From Eledone cirrhosa (taxonomy: Eukaryota): a DNA stretch of 64,000 nucleotides. The first letter of the stretch is position 1, and each line of letters begins with the position of its first letter. The notes below the pieces were generated by a model. That model did no database searches and was not told where the DNA came from. It was given only the letters and a program-made list of their open reading frames with translations. This document shows positions 44,206 to 59,989 of this stretch, in pieces. The stretch spans positions 349,556,001 through 349,620,000 of the forward strand of contig OZ024743.1 of assembly GCA_964016885.1 (NCBI GenBank), given 5' to 3'. The translations under genes and the position numbers were made by a program.

Positions 44206-46052
44206 ATATATATATATATATATATAAAATTGTAGGATTTTCAGCGTGAAGGGTAGCTCTAAACAGCTGGCTACTATATGTAAAAATATATAATCTCATA
44301 TTGAACAGAGATCGGGAGAGAAAGAGCGTCTAAAGCATGTGAGGATATACAGAGAGAGATGAGAAGAGGAAAGGAGAGGAGAAAAGCAGCAATGAGATCG
44401 AAGGAGCAGGACGTATGTTGAATAGTGAAAAAAGATATTAAAAAAAGATGGAGAAAGAGTGGGGAAAGTAAACTAACAAGAAAAATAGAACATTAGCGGT
44501 ATATGAATCATCAGTTTCTTCCAAGACACACATGGTTTCTCGCCGGAGAGGAAGGACTATGTATATATGTCTTGCCCGCGCAACAGAACTTAAGTTTCTG
44601 TTGTTCTGACGCTGGAAAAGGGGAACACGGAAGCAGTGGGGCAGCTCTATACCAAGCCGTGGTCGGCCGGAAAAGAGGCTGTCTGCCATTCTCTGGGAAA
44701 CAACAGCAGCAGTAGGCGACAAGAGAGCGGAACTATCAGCGTCAGTAGGGGAAGCAACAAGGTAGGTGATAGCGAGAGAAACAAAAATAAATAGGTAGCT
44801 GAGGAAGAGATAGAGAAACATAATAGGTAGATAAATAAAGATATGATGCGTTACCTGTTTCTTTCACCGTATCAGTTTGATTTAGAAAGCCAGCATTGCT
44901 CAAATTATGTATGTAAACATAAATTGAAAAGATATGAAGTTATGAGTGCATATGAATTTTCATAAAATTGTAATATTCTCAGCGCGAAGGACAGTTGTAA
45001 ACAGTTGGATACTAACTATATGTGTAGTAAAACATCGAGTTAAGATATAAACTCATATTGAACGGAGAGTGGGAGAGAAAGAAGGAAAGATAGCCTAAAG
45101 AACGAGGTGAGTCATGAGAGGGGTAAAAACATAAATGCTTTTATATAAAAGGAATTAAGACTGTGACGAAAATTAAGCAGGTCTGAAACAAACGCCACAC
45201 TCATGCTTCGTACAAAAAAATGTAGTTCTGGTGTTTATCACATATCAATTCGGATACACTTATAGTGATAATGGTGCTAATGATGAAGAGGACGATGACG
45301 ATAATTACGACTATAATGGCGTTTAAGATAATGACAATGATGATGAGAATAAGGATTATGATGTGATTATGGTGATATCAGTTGTCATGGTGGTTGTTGT
45401 TGTGGTATCAAGAATGATTCAAATGACGATGATGATGATGCCGACGAAGACGATGATAGTGATAATGATGATGATGGTGATGCCATATGATCGTTATTCT
45501 ATATACACCAGAAATCTGTATTGAAGATTTCTGTGAAATTTTAATGCAGAGTGCATGAAAAAATAATGCTTAGCGTATGTAAGCATTTAAGAGATACAAG
45601 ACATAAACTGTTGATCGAGTGAATTTTTGGAGTGATGAAGTGATGGCTTCAAATTCTCAGTTACGTATATATATATATATATGTGTGTGTCTGTGTGTGA
45701 GAGTGTGTGTGTGTGGGGGGGTGCTAGAATGCATTCAAAAAATAAACAGAGATAACAAAGCAAATAATAGTACAACGAAGAAATATATTGGTTTAACTTT
45801 TGATAAAGCAAGGAAAGAATGTTAAAGTTTCGCACACTAGTCATTCATCAGAAGATAGAATCAGAAATACATGATGAAACAGAATGATATTGAGTAAGAA
45901 GGGGAAGGAACAGATACAATTTTATTTTTTAGAAAAAAACACTTTTTCAGTCATTCGTATGCTTATGTATTTATATATATTTTATTGTATTGTTTGCTTT
46001 GATGTTTTCTGTTTATTTTTCGTATATATATATATAAATGTATATACGATAA

Positions 46053-46127
<75 letters not shown>

Positions 46128-46899
46128 GGCTTGTGTACATATCCGTTTCTCCTTGATCCCTACCTCATTTTTATGTAACAATCGTTTGTTCATTTCCTGC
46201 CGCCTCAGTTCAGATTCTGTTTGTTTTACTTCCCTCCACATTCCCTATTCTCTTTCATTTATTATGTTCTCTCTCCCTCGCTCTCTCATGCACACACAAA
46301 CACATACATACATATCTATACACACATATCTGTATACATATAAGTATATATATATATATATGTGTGTGTGTATGTGTGTGTGTATTACACTTCCTCATAA
46401 AATTTTTCCAGCGTGTTTGGAACATTGATGTTAAAGATCGTTTTATTAAAAAAAAAACACAAAGAAAATTATCTACTATCCTTTTGGGTTCCTCTATCGA
46501 TAGTTATTTTATTTTTGTTTGCATTACCATACTATTTGTCACTCGTATCATTTACGTCTCAAAATTATTGAAATCACATTTTTACAATTTCCTTTCAACT
46601 CATATCCCCAGGTCAACACAATGCAGTAATAATTTCATTTTACGACATTATGAGGTGTAGCGTCTTAATTTTTCTTTTTTCTTTTCTTTATATTTATATT
46701 TTCTCCTCCCAAGCAGAACAAAATACTACTAGCTGAAAATTCTTCTTTTTTTTTTTAATCCTGTGTTTCCTTTGCTAATGTCACTGTAAAAATGTGCCTC
46801 GCCTAAAATGGCTTCCGCTGTGAAACTCAAGTGTTCGCTGAGGGCAACAGAAACATGAACAGCAACAACAAAGACTGGAAGCAAATGGAGCCAGGAATG

Positions 46900-48950
46900 C
46901 AGTTCGCGAAGGGGGTGGAGCAAATAAGAAAGTTGTGGCATAAACAATGCGTTGCCGGATAAGCGTTTCATAGACAACTTAGGTTTCTTACTAAATGACA
47001 GGTTTGCCTTCAACAGGAAACTGTCAGTCAAGCTATATATATTCACCCTAAAACACCGCAACTACACTATGTCTAACAGTAAACTCAAAGAGCAAGACTC
47101 AAAGAACTCAAAGAACGTAGACCAGGTCTTACATACAGATGCCTTCAACTACGATCCTGAAAATAACTATTACCAGACCGACACGGACCAATGGCTTTAT
47201 CAGGGCTATAGTGTTAAATCACAGCTGCTTCATGGTTCCAGGGCTTCCCCCAATAGGAATTCATCTTGCATAGAAAACTACAAATGAGCCAATCGATTTA
47301 CAAGATCATTTGACAGGGGAACTAAACCAGTTAAAGTTATCTATACCTCTAAGTGAAGAAGAACACCAGAGGATGGAGACTTCCTTACCATTTGACAGCA
47401 TGCTAACAACAGGTGGGTATTGACTACTACCCACCCCTGTCCAAAACATTTAATGTACATATTGTCTCAGGCGTTGCAATGTTTGCTCTAACACAAAGGC
47501 AGTTATGATGAAGTCACCCGATTCCAGCAGGGACAATATATCCGCAGTGATCGGGTTTTCTGGCACGTGGTTTCCTTTCCCATTCATGAATCCTATCCCA
47601 AAATGTAGTAACTTGCTGTCCCATTGAAAAGTGGTTGACGGGATTACATCAGCAACTGCTGTAATGCAAGCACAATATATAAGTGACATAATGCTTACAG
47701 CGTTTTTTAAGTTGTGCCAGTCTTTCAGAAAATATTATAGTACTACCAGGTTCCATCTTACTATGGACGAATCAACCAGGAATAGAGACAGAGTAAAAGA
47801 ATCCCTTTTAAAGGATAACCTGACATAGGATTGAACAATGCCATTTGGAAGAAGGTATAATGTACATCCCCATGATGAGCGAGGTCCAAGTTCATTGCAA
47901 GATCTTCGAACAGTTAATGTTGACGTTGGCAACACCAACATAGTAATATGCTTTTAATTTCTGGAGAATGATGCCAAAGGGAGACAATATTATCAAAAGT
48001 ATCTATGTCTAACCACGCGTGTGTCTAAAGGTTTTTGTGTTTCGCCATACTGTTAAAATATCATTAAACAGCCAATCTGCATCAGCTTTGATTCAAGTAT
48101 CACGATAATCTTACTGAAGTTAGTTTTCAAGTATCAAGTTCAAAGGATTTACGATAGCATGGACATAATGTACACAGATAGAATCTATAACACAGTTCGT
48201 ATTTACATTGAAAACGATCTTCATGATATAATTGACTTAGAAATTCACGTATATAGCTTCGCACAATCTAAGCACACTGAAGCCAGTAGCTTATCAACAA
48301 ACATTTGAGAGCTACTTAACAATGCTGACAAATTCAAATCATGCCAATCGCATTGAACCAAATCTCACTGCAGAGCAGCGAGCTGTCTATTTAGCTGAAA
48401 ATCACTACAGATCAGAGAAATGTCTATTTCACTGAATCTCACTCCAGCACTGCGATATGTATATGCTGGTATTTTCGACAGTGTTCAGCAAAAAGAAGTT
48501 GGAATTTATTTCCTTTACCCTACTAGAGGGACCGAAATGTCATTGCTGATCAGTCTATTCATGTCAACGTATATCGACACAAAGGTATAACTATTGTTGT
48601 TGCTTCTTCAGGTACTGACGACACATCTCTTACAGGAAAACAGACAGCGTCTTACGCTTTGAAGACCCTCTTGGACTTGGGAGCAATTGATGTAAGTGGT
48701 AGCCACTCTGATAAGAATACGGAAACCGGGAAAGTTCATAAAATATGCCTGTTCATTGACTTAGTGGTTAAAATAGCAAACAATTTGATAATAAAGGTGA
48801 TCCTCGCTGTACCACATCCTTGCCTTACACTTGAGTGACTGTGCGAAGATGCAATACTTGCTTGCAAAATGTTCTGGTCAGTATTATAAGCGGATAGGTG
48901 CTAGAGGTACTCACTGGAAATAGTCATAACTACAATTCAACAGACATTAT
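46900..48950 (+). mobile_element. Highly decayed Helitron RepHel remnant
   Basis: Manual translation fragments in the expected order: AFNYDP (~47140), DEVTRFQQGQYI (~47505), FPIHESYP (~47577), LTAFFKLCQ, GRRYNVHP, RGPSSLQDLRTVN (~47880), GIYFL..GT and VVASSG (~48500-48615, helicase motifs I/Ia). Confidence 0.75.
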
Positions 48951-49887
48951 TCTGGGTCAGAAAGAAATAGCCCACTATCTTCCGGAATACTTAAATTAAA
49001 AGGTACTTAAGTTTTGTCAAAGCGATTAATAAATCACGATAGAAACAACTAAACCAACCTTGGACATACAGCAGAATTGGCATATCTACTAGACAAATTT
49101 ACATTAAGAAGTGGGCCTTTAATTTAGGGTGGATTATTTTTTTAGGCTTAATCTATTTTTCTCAAAGATAACCTTTGAAGGCATTCACAACGCCAAGCTT
49201 AACGCGCTCGAGTTGTAATACTAATAAGTTTGTAAATCAAACTCCTCAGAATTTGGTTAATCTAGTCTTTGTAGCTCAGTGGTGGCGTTACGATCATGTC
49301 GTTGGGGCATTTGGAAGCTCTCTGTAAAGGATTACCTACACATTTATGGATTTGGGCATTGGACTGCTGTGCATTATATAGACGGGCCCTGGAGCATAAC
49401 TGAACACTGGCGCAAACAAGAAAACAATCAAATGCATCAGCAAATATTAGAGAGAAAAGGGCAAATAATAGATGGACAAATCACAGATCCATTTGTAAAA
49501 TGGAAAATATCAGGACATTGGCTATCCGGAATTACAGTTAACATGATAGCATCATGATTGGAGATAATCGTGTTTTACACATCATATTGAACACCCACAT
49601 TTGAAAGAACTATACGTAATGCCTATACCAATATCCTCATCAAATTGTCTAAACTGAACTGGAAGAAAAGCTGTATCGTGTCAAGTACAAAAGGAAATAC
49701 ACTACAGAACGTAAAACATACAAACAGAAAGAGGCCTATAAAAATATACTTTACCCTCACACACCACAATACGCGTTTGTTTTATAATACAAAATATCCC
49801 CTCAGCGGATCGTTGACAAACCGGGATACAGAAAATAAAATTTGGAATCATAACACGTGCTCTCATGGTTCAGATTTTCTAACAGGG

Positions 49888-49999
<112 letters not shown>

Positions 50000-50133
50000 T
50001 CGTCGCCGTCGTCACTCACTTATTCCTAGGAGGGTCGTTGAGGCAGATTCCTCAAGCACGCCTTCCATCGGGTCCTGTCAGAGGCAACTATCTCAAAATG
50101 ATATAAACATATATATATATATATACTTATATT

Positions 50134-50184
<51 letters not shown>

Positions 50185-50238
50185 TATATATATACACTAT
50201 ATATATATATATACAGTATATATATATATATATATATG

Positions 50239-50422
<184 letters not shown>

Positions 50423-50845
50423 GAGGAAATAGATAGATAGATAAATATAGATAGATATATAGACAGGCGCATACAAGAAAACAGAAAAACGTAAACATAT
50501 AAGGCGATATATGTGAACGGTTAATGGGGAGGTTGTGATGCAAAAACAAGATATAACGAAGAAAGAAAGAAATTTTAACTACTTTTGACAAGGCTACTTT
50601 ATTGAATCTTTTACGTTCTAGTACTGAGGGTTTACGGCCAGTCGGCCATTTCTGACGTTTATGGCGGAAGCACGTGACTAAAATGATTCGGCTGAAGTCC
50701 AAATGTACTTATATATCTGATAGCGTTGCCAAAATATAATTTTTTTAAAGGAGCCAAGGCTGAGGAAAGAAAATCTAACTTTACTGACATATGTGCACTG
50801 GTGAGACTCAGCGGGCGTCAGGTGTATGTGTGTATGAGTGTGTGT

Positions 50846-50883
<38 letters not shown>

Positions 50884-50931
50884 TTATAATATCTGCATAC
50901 ACATATATATGTGTATATATATATGTATGTC

Positions 50932-50981
<50 letters not shown>

Positions 50982-51190
50982 AGTGTGTGTGTGTGTGTGT
51001 ATAAATATATACATATAGATAGATAAATTAGATAAATAGATAGATAGATAGATATAAGGGAAACAGTTTGTTTACATATAAATATAGTCAGTTATGCGTA
51101 GCAAATATATAACTTAAAATTTGCCTGGCATTCCCCACGTCAGACACATCACATATGTACGTGTGTGTCTTCGTGTGTAGGGGAAAAGAT

Positions 51191-51238
<48 letters not shown>

Positions 51239-51597
51239 GTAAGTATAGATTGATAGATATGCGCAGTTATTTACAGTTAATCTCATCAACAGTGGGACTT
51301 ACATAAGGGAATTTTACACGGTATATCTAGATATAATTGAAAGAGAAAATAAGCAATATTCTGCTATGAATGGAGGTAAATCTCTCTCCCCCCCCCCCCC
51401 CCCCCAAAAAAAAGAAAAAAGGCCATGAGTGTTGAGTCACATGATCCAATATGTGTCAGATGTGATTAAAATGATTAATGGTTAGGCCACCATTTGTATG
51501 TATGAAAGGTTTGCAGTTTTAATACAGGGGCTGTTGCAGGACTAAGAGGATTTATATATATATATATATATATACATAATAATAATAAGACGAATGA

Positions 51598-51700
51598 TTT
51601 TTTTCTATTCTGATATTGGCACAAGGCCAGCAATTTGGGGATGAGGGGAAAATTGATTAAATCGACCCCAGTACATTCCTTGTACTTTATTTTGATGACC
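51598..51700 (-). mobile_element. SINE family A variant, 3' fragment
   Basis: GGCACAAGGCCAGCAATT..ATTAAATCGACCCCAGTAC..TACTTTATTTT. Confidence 0.7.
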
Positions 51701-54250
51701 TGAGCTGTTCTGCTAGAGAACGGGACGCCGGTGGTGGATGGCGATACGGCCACCAGATATAGTGCCTAGCTGTGATATAAGCGGACAGCTGTCGGACGAA
51801 TAAGCAACCCCAAACCAACACTATGGAGTATGGAGTAATGGGTGAGACCTGTAGCTCCGTAGAAAATTCTCAAAATACAGTGATGTAGCTATGACAAGGC
51901 GAGTAAAGACCGCTTCTAAAAATACTCAGTCGTCGTGGGGTGAGAAGTTAGATTGGTGAATAGCGCAAATACGACCACCAAAACTGGAACATGATGTGAA
52001 GAACGAACAAGGACCACACCAGATCGTCCTTCGCGCGAGTTAACAACGAACGCTTTCTGGTCTTAGGTAGAAGTATTTCTTCAAAAATATATATATGGCT
52101 GTCTCTATTTCATGCGACCTGTCCTGGAATGCGTGATTTGGACGCTCAAAAATTGCATATGCCAAGAGACAAAAGAGGTTTTGAAAAGGAGAAAACCTTG
52201 ACAATGTGAATCTGGAATATCACATCCCTTACAGTTAAGGAGCCGGAACTAGTGGTGGAGGCTAGAGGCTACCGGCTAAATATATTCGGGGATACCTCAA
52301 CAAATTTCCTTGGCTCAGATACTGTGGATTTGAATGGAGGATCGAAAATCCACTATTCAGGTGTGGGGTCAAAAATGACCGCACAGGTGGGAATGGGAAT
52401 ATTCACAGGGCTCCCGGCTGTCAGAATGTGTTATGGACGGGATCCTATTAGGAGGGAGAATTTGCCACTCGAAGCTTAGGCCGAGAGACAGTTCTCTGTG
52501 GGTGGCGCAAGTTTATCCTTGAAGAAGTCACTGCAGCGTTAGATGTAATTAAGACTGAGTAATATATTCTGATGGGAGACTTCAGTCTACATGTTGGCAC
52601 TGATAACCTGACATGGGAATGAGTGATTGGAAGGAATACCGACCCCTACTGAAAAACCAATGGAAATGCCTCATTAGACTTCCGTTCTAGCAATGCACTC
52701 TCTATTATTAACATCTCCTTCAAGCACAGGGACATCCATAAATATACATGGTATAAGGGACAGAGATCAATAACTGATTTTGTTATTGTCTCTTATCCCT
52801 TTGATTCTGTTCTGCTTACTCGTGTTATGAGACGGGCTGAGCTGTCAATTGATCACCATCTAGGTATCTGCAACTTGAGACTATCTAAAGCCAAAGAAGC
52901 CTACAGGATAAAGTTGGAAGCGTTGGTGTACGTATGCTGATATTTTTGCGTACAAATTCAGAGAAATTTCTGAGTAAACTGAGGACGTTTAGGCAATGTG
53001 GTTATCGTTCAGCTCAGCATTTTCTGCTTCAGCTGATGGCAAAGGGAGGCTTGGTGTGGCACTGGATGGCAGAAGGATCCATTGCTTCAATCGCGAAATC
53101 AAAGATGTCCTCCGACAATAGAAGGAAGCTTACAAATCGTGGCTTGGAAATAAGTCCTCTTTCTTGCAATTGTGGTACAAGCATGCACGAAGAATCGCAG
53201 CAGAGACATTAAATGTTTCCAAAGTTAAGACATGGGAGTACTCGAGGGTTAGCTTGTTGTTGCGCTGGTGCCTCTATAAGCATGCCCGCGTATTTGTATT
53301 CGGATAAATGGTGCTAATCGAAGCCATTCAGTATGGGATTAGAACTCCACCAAGGTGGCGTGGTGTCACATCTCCTGTTCATTATTTTCATGGATACGAT
53401 TGACATACGCAGCTGGGTTGGAAGTGGTATCACGATTGGCAGGTGTAAAATCAGTAGTCTGGAATTTATAGACGACATAATGTTATTTAACTCGACTGAG
53501 GGTGATTTCTGATTTGCAGTTGATAGGTTTGATGCCGAGGGCTGTATGGCAGGAATGAAAATCTGTGCTGCGAAACTGAGACACAAGTCCTCTCAAGTAT
53601 GGCTAGGCAGTGCGCTCTACTTATGAATGGCGTTCCATTGAAGCAAGTGGAGAAGTTCAAGAGTCCCAAGGCTGTTTTCGCGTGTGATGGAAGACTGGAG
53701 GCTGAAGTAAGTGCAAGAAATACAGGAGCTGGAGAAATAATGTTCAAGCTTCAGCATTCGGTAATCAGGAGAGAGGAGGTAGGAGTAAACACTGAACTCG
53801 CTATCATCAATTCTGTATTCGTGCCAACCCTTACGTACGGTCATGGATCATGACCGAAAGGATACGATCGAGAATACAAGCCGCCGAAGTGGGGTTCCTC
53901 CGAAAGGTCTTTGGAGTACCGTTACTCGATAGAGTGCGTAGTTCAGAGACCAGACAGTCACTCCAGGTAGAGCCGCTACTTCCCCGAATTCAGAGATATC
54001 ATGGATCCTATAATATTAACGTGTTAGAATGTCTCAGGAAATAATCGCTGGACAGATTTTATGGGCAAAACCAACTCTGGATACAAGTGGCTCATGAAAG
54101 TTCATAAGGAGGAAGTTACGTTCAGAACTGTACGAGAGCCTCTTTCCTGTCACACCTCGCATGAGCGATACAGGTTTGTGGAGTCATTTGCGCGCTCATG
54201 GCCGTTTAGCACAATGTTGAAGAGATGGCCCTCTTCAGAAAAGTAGTGGC
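51701..54250 (+). mobile_element. Decayed RTE (Expander-like) LINE with internal deletions
   Basis: WNITSLTVKEPELVVEARGYRLNIFG..IHYSGV (APE N-terminus, ~52210-52400), MGDF and DHH motifs, and ORFs 53599-54044 (LKQVEKFK..SVFVPTLTYGH..MTERIRSRIQAAEVGFLR). Confidence 0.88.
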
Positions 54251-54302
54251 AGTAATTATACACACACTCACACAAACACACACAAACACACACACACAAA
54301 CA

Positions 54303-55298
<996 letters not shown>

Positions 55299-55418
55299 AT
55301 ATATATATATATATTCATATATATGAGCATACATATATCTATAAAATATATACATGCACATACATACACATATATATATGTATATATGTATCTATACATA
55401 ATGTGTAAATGATATATG

Positions 55419-55540
<122 letters not shown>

Positions 55541-55847
55541 GGAGAATGTACTCAGCTCTCGATTGTTTTGGGCTGACACTAGTTGTGATTTTTGAAGGGA
55601 TATTCATTGTATTCAGTTGCAAAAATTGGTCCCTCAACACGTTGACACTATTCAATTGTTCCCTGTTCAGATTTTGACATACATTAATACTCACATAATA
55701 CAAACATCCATACCTACATTCATACATACATACATACATACATACATACATACATACATACATACATACATACATACATACATACACATACATACATACA
55801 TGCAAACATACATGCAAACATACATACATAAATACTTCCATGCAAAC

Positions 55848-55907
<60 letters not shown>

Positions 55908-56324
55908 TACATATATGCTTAAGTACACACATACCAGAATGTATATATACATTCATTCATTCTCACACATTTTTGACACTTGACCATAAACAGCGTAAAT
56001 ATCTTACTTTTTCATCTTATACCTGAACACCCCTGACAATACAGTAAGTTTACAAGTTGCACATAAAGCACTGCACCACAGTATATTCAAGCACACTCTT
56101 ATGCATAAATAGAACTACACACGCATGATAATGTTTTTTGACAGATTTTGTGGATCTTGAAGAAGTAATTTAGCTCGTCTAACGTACCAGTTATTACATA
56201 GGTACATCTCACATTAACTTACACCCTTATACAAATAATCATGTTCACTGTTATATACATACGTGCTTATATACGCACAGGTGACCTTGCATACATATAC
56301 ACATGTATTTACGTTAATACACAA

Positions 56325-56505
56325 CCGCTTTATTGGTAGATCGCTGGACAACATGCTTTGCGGCATAGAGTTATGGCCGTTTACGTTCTGATTTTACATC
56401 CCTTTCTGACGTTAGATTTTCCTGGGGCCGATTGCACTGGGGCCTATTCAATCCACTTTCCATTTCTCCAAAATTGCTGGCCTTGTGCCTATAGTAGAAA
56501 TCATT
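56325..56505 (+). mobile_element. Degenerate SINE (family A variant)
   Basis: CATGCTTTGCGGCATAGAGTTATGGCC..TTACGTTCTGA and AATTGCTGGCCTTGTGCCTATAGTAGAAA. Confidence 0.65.
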
Positions 56506-57689
56506 ACTTGGACTGCAGTTATTTAGCTATGCTATGTCACAGGCTTTAGGAATGGAGTCGACTGCACTAGTGTCAAGTTGTATTGTCATTTTCTTTTCTC
56601 CATCGGTAGAGTGGAGAGAGGAGATTTGCAGGCATCTTTCTTCATAGAGAAGTTCTGTGATATAAGCTCATGGTCACTTCTAGCTGAATGGGGCTCCTAA
56701 TGATATATTTCCAATTTAATATCACTTTTGTGAATTCCAATAATTAGGTGGGGGTAAACTGTGCAAGCCAGTCAAATGAACTTTCCTTGTAATTCGAAGG
56801 AGCAGCCTTGTCACACAAAGCTGGCCCTTTGAATTACACAAAACTGAAATGACTGAAGGAAATACTGCAAAACATCACGTCAATAATTCAATCGCATTGA
56901 ACTTGAACTTTATTCATTTACGTCGAAATGATATAGGGTAAATTTAACGTCAGTAGGGTTTGATCTCAAAGTAAAGAAACCCGTAACTAATACCATGATG
57001 CATTTTATCTAACACCCAGATGACTCCGCCAATTTTCTGCTTACCAAATTTTGAACCGTATTGCTTACAACATTTCAATAAAGATTTTTGAAGAGAATTG
57101 TGTGAAAAAGGAGAAGATATCATTTTGAAAGATCTTCATTAAAAGACAATCTGATTTACGTTCTAGTATGAAATAGTTTGACACTACTACTAACAATATA
57201 ATCAGATTCTAAATGTTTTATCGCTACAATATAGATTTGAATACATATTAAACTACTACTACGACTGTCGCTCGCAATTGTGTATGGTATACTGAAATGT
57301 ATCATGATTTTATGAATGATGTTAAGTGCTCGTGCAGTCTCGAGAAAATACACGTTTCATCCAGCGCAAAAAGCCTTGGGTAAACCCCGAAAAGATGCAA
57401 GACATAGTGGACTTGCAAGTTATTTGAACTCAGAATACAGAGTCTGAATAAATAGACAACGCTAACAATCATACTTTCTGGTAAAATGTTAAAATTGTCG
57501 TCTTAACTAGAATGTTTAGTATTTGTTTCGTTTGATAGATCTTAAATATTCAAAAGTTGAGATATGACGACATAACTGAAAAGGATCGGCATTATATGAT
57601 CAGATATGTAAACTTAGCCACATACAGGAGATATAACAAGACGAGGGAAATACGGAATATCGAGATCTATATTTTACGGAATTTCGACG

Positions 57690-58000
57690 ACGAGTGCTGT
57701 AGTTGTTCAATCAACAGAACAGCATTCTTATGAAATTAACGTGTAAGTGGATGAGCATTCCAACAGCAACGTGTACCCATAACGAACGGAATTCTCAGTG
57801 AGATACAGCGCGCTACTGTGTTTGACAAGGCTGGTCCATTGAATTAGAGGTATAGTCCATCCAATGGGCTTCCAAACATTTTCAATTTACCCAATTTCAC
57901 TCGAAGTTATAGTAAATGTCATTTGCGCAAGACACCGCGCAGTGGAATCGTATCCGAGAACTAATGATTGCGAAATAAACTTTCTAAGCTTTTTACCATG
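57690..58000 (-). mobile_element. Old SINE (family C)
   Basis: Reverse-complement similarity to 39507-39842, with a tRNA-like head at the right end. Confidence 0.5.
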
Positions 58001-58063
58001 CTGTGTCCACCTATATTTTATATAGGACAATAATACTAGTAAATATATTTACTTCATTTAATT

Positions 58064-58320
58064 AGGCCCGTGGTCTAGTTGTAAGGGTTTTGGACTTACG
58101 ATCGTAATGTCGGCGGCTCGATTCCTGAGATGGGTTATGTGTTGTATTCTTGAGCAAAAACACTTCATTTCACGTTGCTCCAGTATATTCAGTCGCAACT
58201 GAGTACCAGCAATAACTGGCGATTTAACCCTGCGATGGACTGGCGTCCTGTCCAGGGTTAGTCTCGTACTCTCAGTCGCTTCGCGGCATGAAACCGGGAT
58301 AAGCTCTGGCTTAACGAGGG
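58064..58320 (+). mobile_element. tRNA-derived SINE with a MetaSINE/V-SINE-like core
   Basis: A-box CGTGGTCTAGTTG, B-box GGCTCGATTCC, then TTCTTGAGCAAAAACACTT and AACCCTGCGATGGACTGGCGTCCTGTCCAGGG. Confidence 0.75.
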
Positions 58321-58715
58321 CATGCATGCATGCAATTAAATTCCTTGTTTACTGTAAATGGCAAAATTTCACCTATCAAAAGAAAAGAAAATTAAACCGG
58401 CAAGCAATTCAAAGCAAATCGAGCACTGTCCTAACCTGGTGGTAGCGATATTCATAAATGTAAATTAGTTTAATAGAAAGTGAAAAAGCAACAAGTGAAT
58501 ATGGAACCTGGACTGCAGACTCGATGCATTGACAATTTTCTTTTACGTTCTGACACACGAAGCCTTTCTCTCTATCTCTCTCAATGTATCTCTTTCTCTA
58601 TCCACCTTTATCCCCCTCTTCTTTGCAACTGTCTCACTCCTCTCTCTCTCTATATCTCTCTCTCTCTTCTCTTCTCTTATATTTATCTATGGCGTTGGAT
58701 ACCTCTCGCAGTGTG

Positions 58716-58835
<120 letters not shown>

Positions 58836-59196
58836 TATGCATATATATATATATATGTACACCCACACATATATATATATGGGGTGTATTTATGCATGCA
58901 TGTGTGTATGTATATATATGTATATATATATATACATGCATACACACACACACATATATACATACAAACACACACACACATACATACATACACACACACA
59001 TACATACACACACACATACATACATACATACACACACACATACATACATACATACACACACACATACATACACACATACATACATACACACACACATACA
59101 CACACACATACATACACACATACATACACACATACACACATACATACACACATACATACATACATACATACATACATACATACATACATACATACA

Positions 59197-59228
<32 letters not shown>

Positions 59229-59765
59229 CATTCATATGCTTTGTGCTGGCTGTCAGTGATAGTCTGACATTTCTTGTTAAATACCCAAGACTATACACAT
59301 TTCCATTAGATCTATTGAAATATGTTTCTAACATCATTCTTGTATCCAGATACTTTGCTATTTCAGCTGGACTGGCGGCTAATTCACCACTTCACCACGA
59401 CACCACCACCTTGACATTTTCTGGCTATCACTTGCTTCTTTAGAAAGTTCTTCAAGGCGCAGGTCACTTAGTGCTAATCATGCTCTCTCCTCACAACATT
59501 TTCTCCTTCTCTTTCTCTTTAAACACACGTGCACACACATGCACATACATACACACGCACACACATAAATATATATATATATATATATATATACATACAT
59601 ACATAGATACATACTTATATACACACATACATATACACTTTATAGAAATATATACCCTCACTCTCATTACTATGTAACTCAGTTATTTACATATTCACCT
59701 CACTCACGCATACCCGAGTCGCCCAGTACTCTCCGTTTTACCTTCTTGTTTTTATCTATTTGTTC

Positions 59766-59881
59766 TCTTCTTCTTCTTCTTCTTCTTCTTCTTCTTCTTC
59801 TTCTTCTTCTTCTTCTTCTTCTTCTTGCCTATCCTCCTCCCTATCCTCCTCCTCCTCCTCATCATCCTCCTCATCCTCATC

Positions 59882-59918
<37 letters not shown>

Positions 59919-59983
59919 AACGACGACCACCACCACCACTACCACCACCACCACCACTACCGCCACCACCACCACTACTACTA
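59766..59983. repeat. Compound trinucleotide microsatellite (TTC)n-(CCT/CAT)n-(TAC)n-(CAC)n
   Basis: Directly visible. It produces the poly-L/P/T/S/H ORFs in the track. Confidence 0.95.
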
Positions 59984-59989
59984 TTCAGA

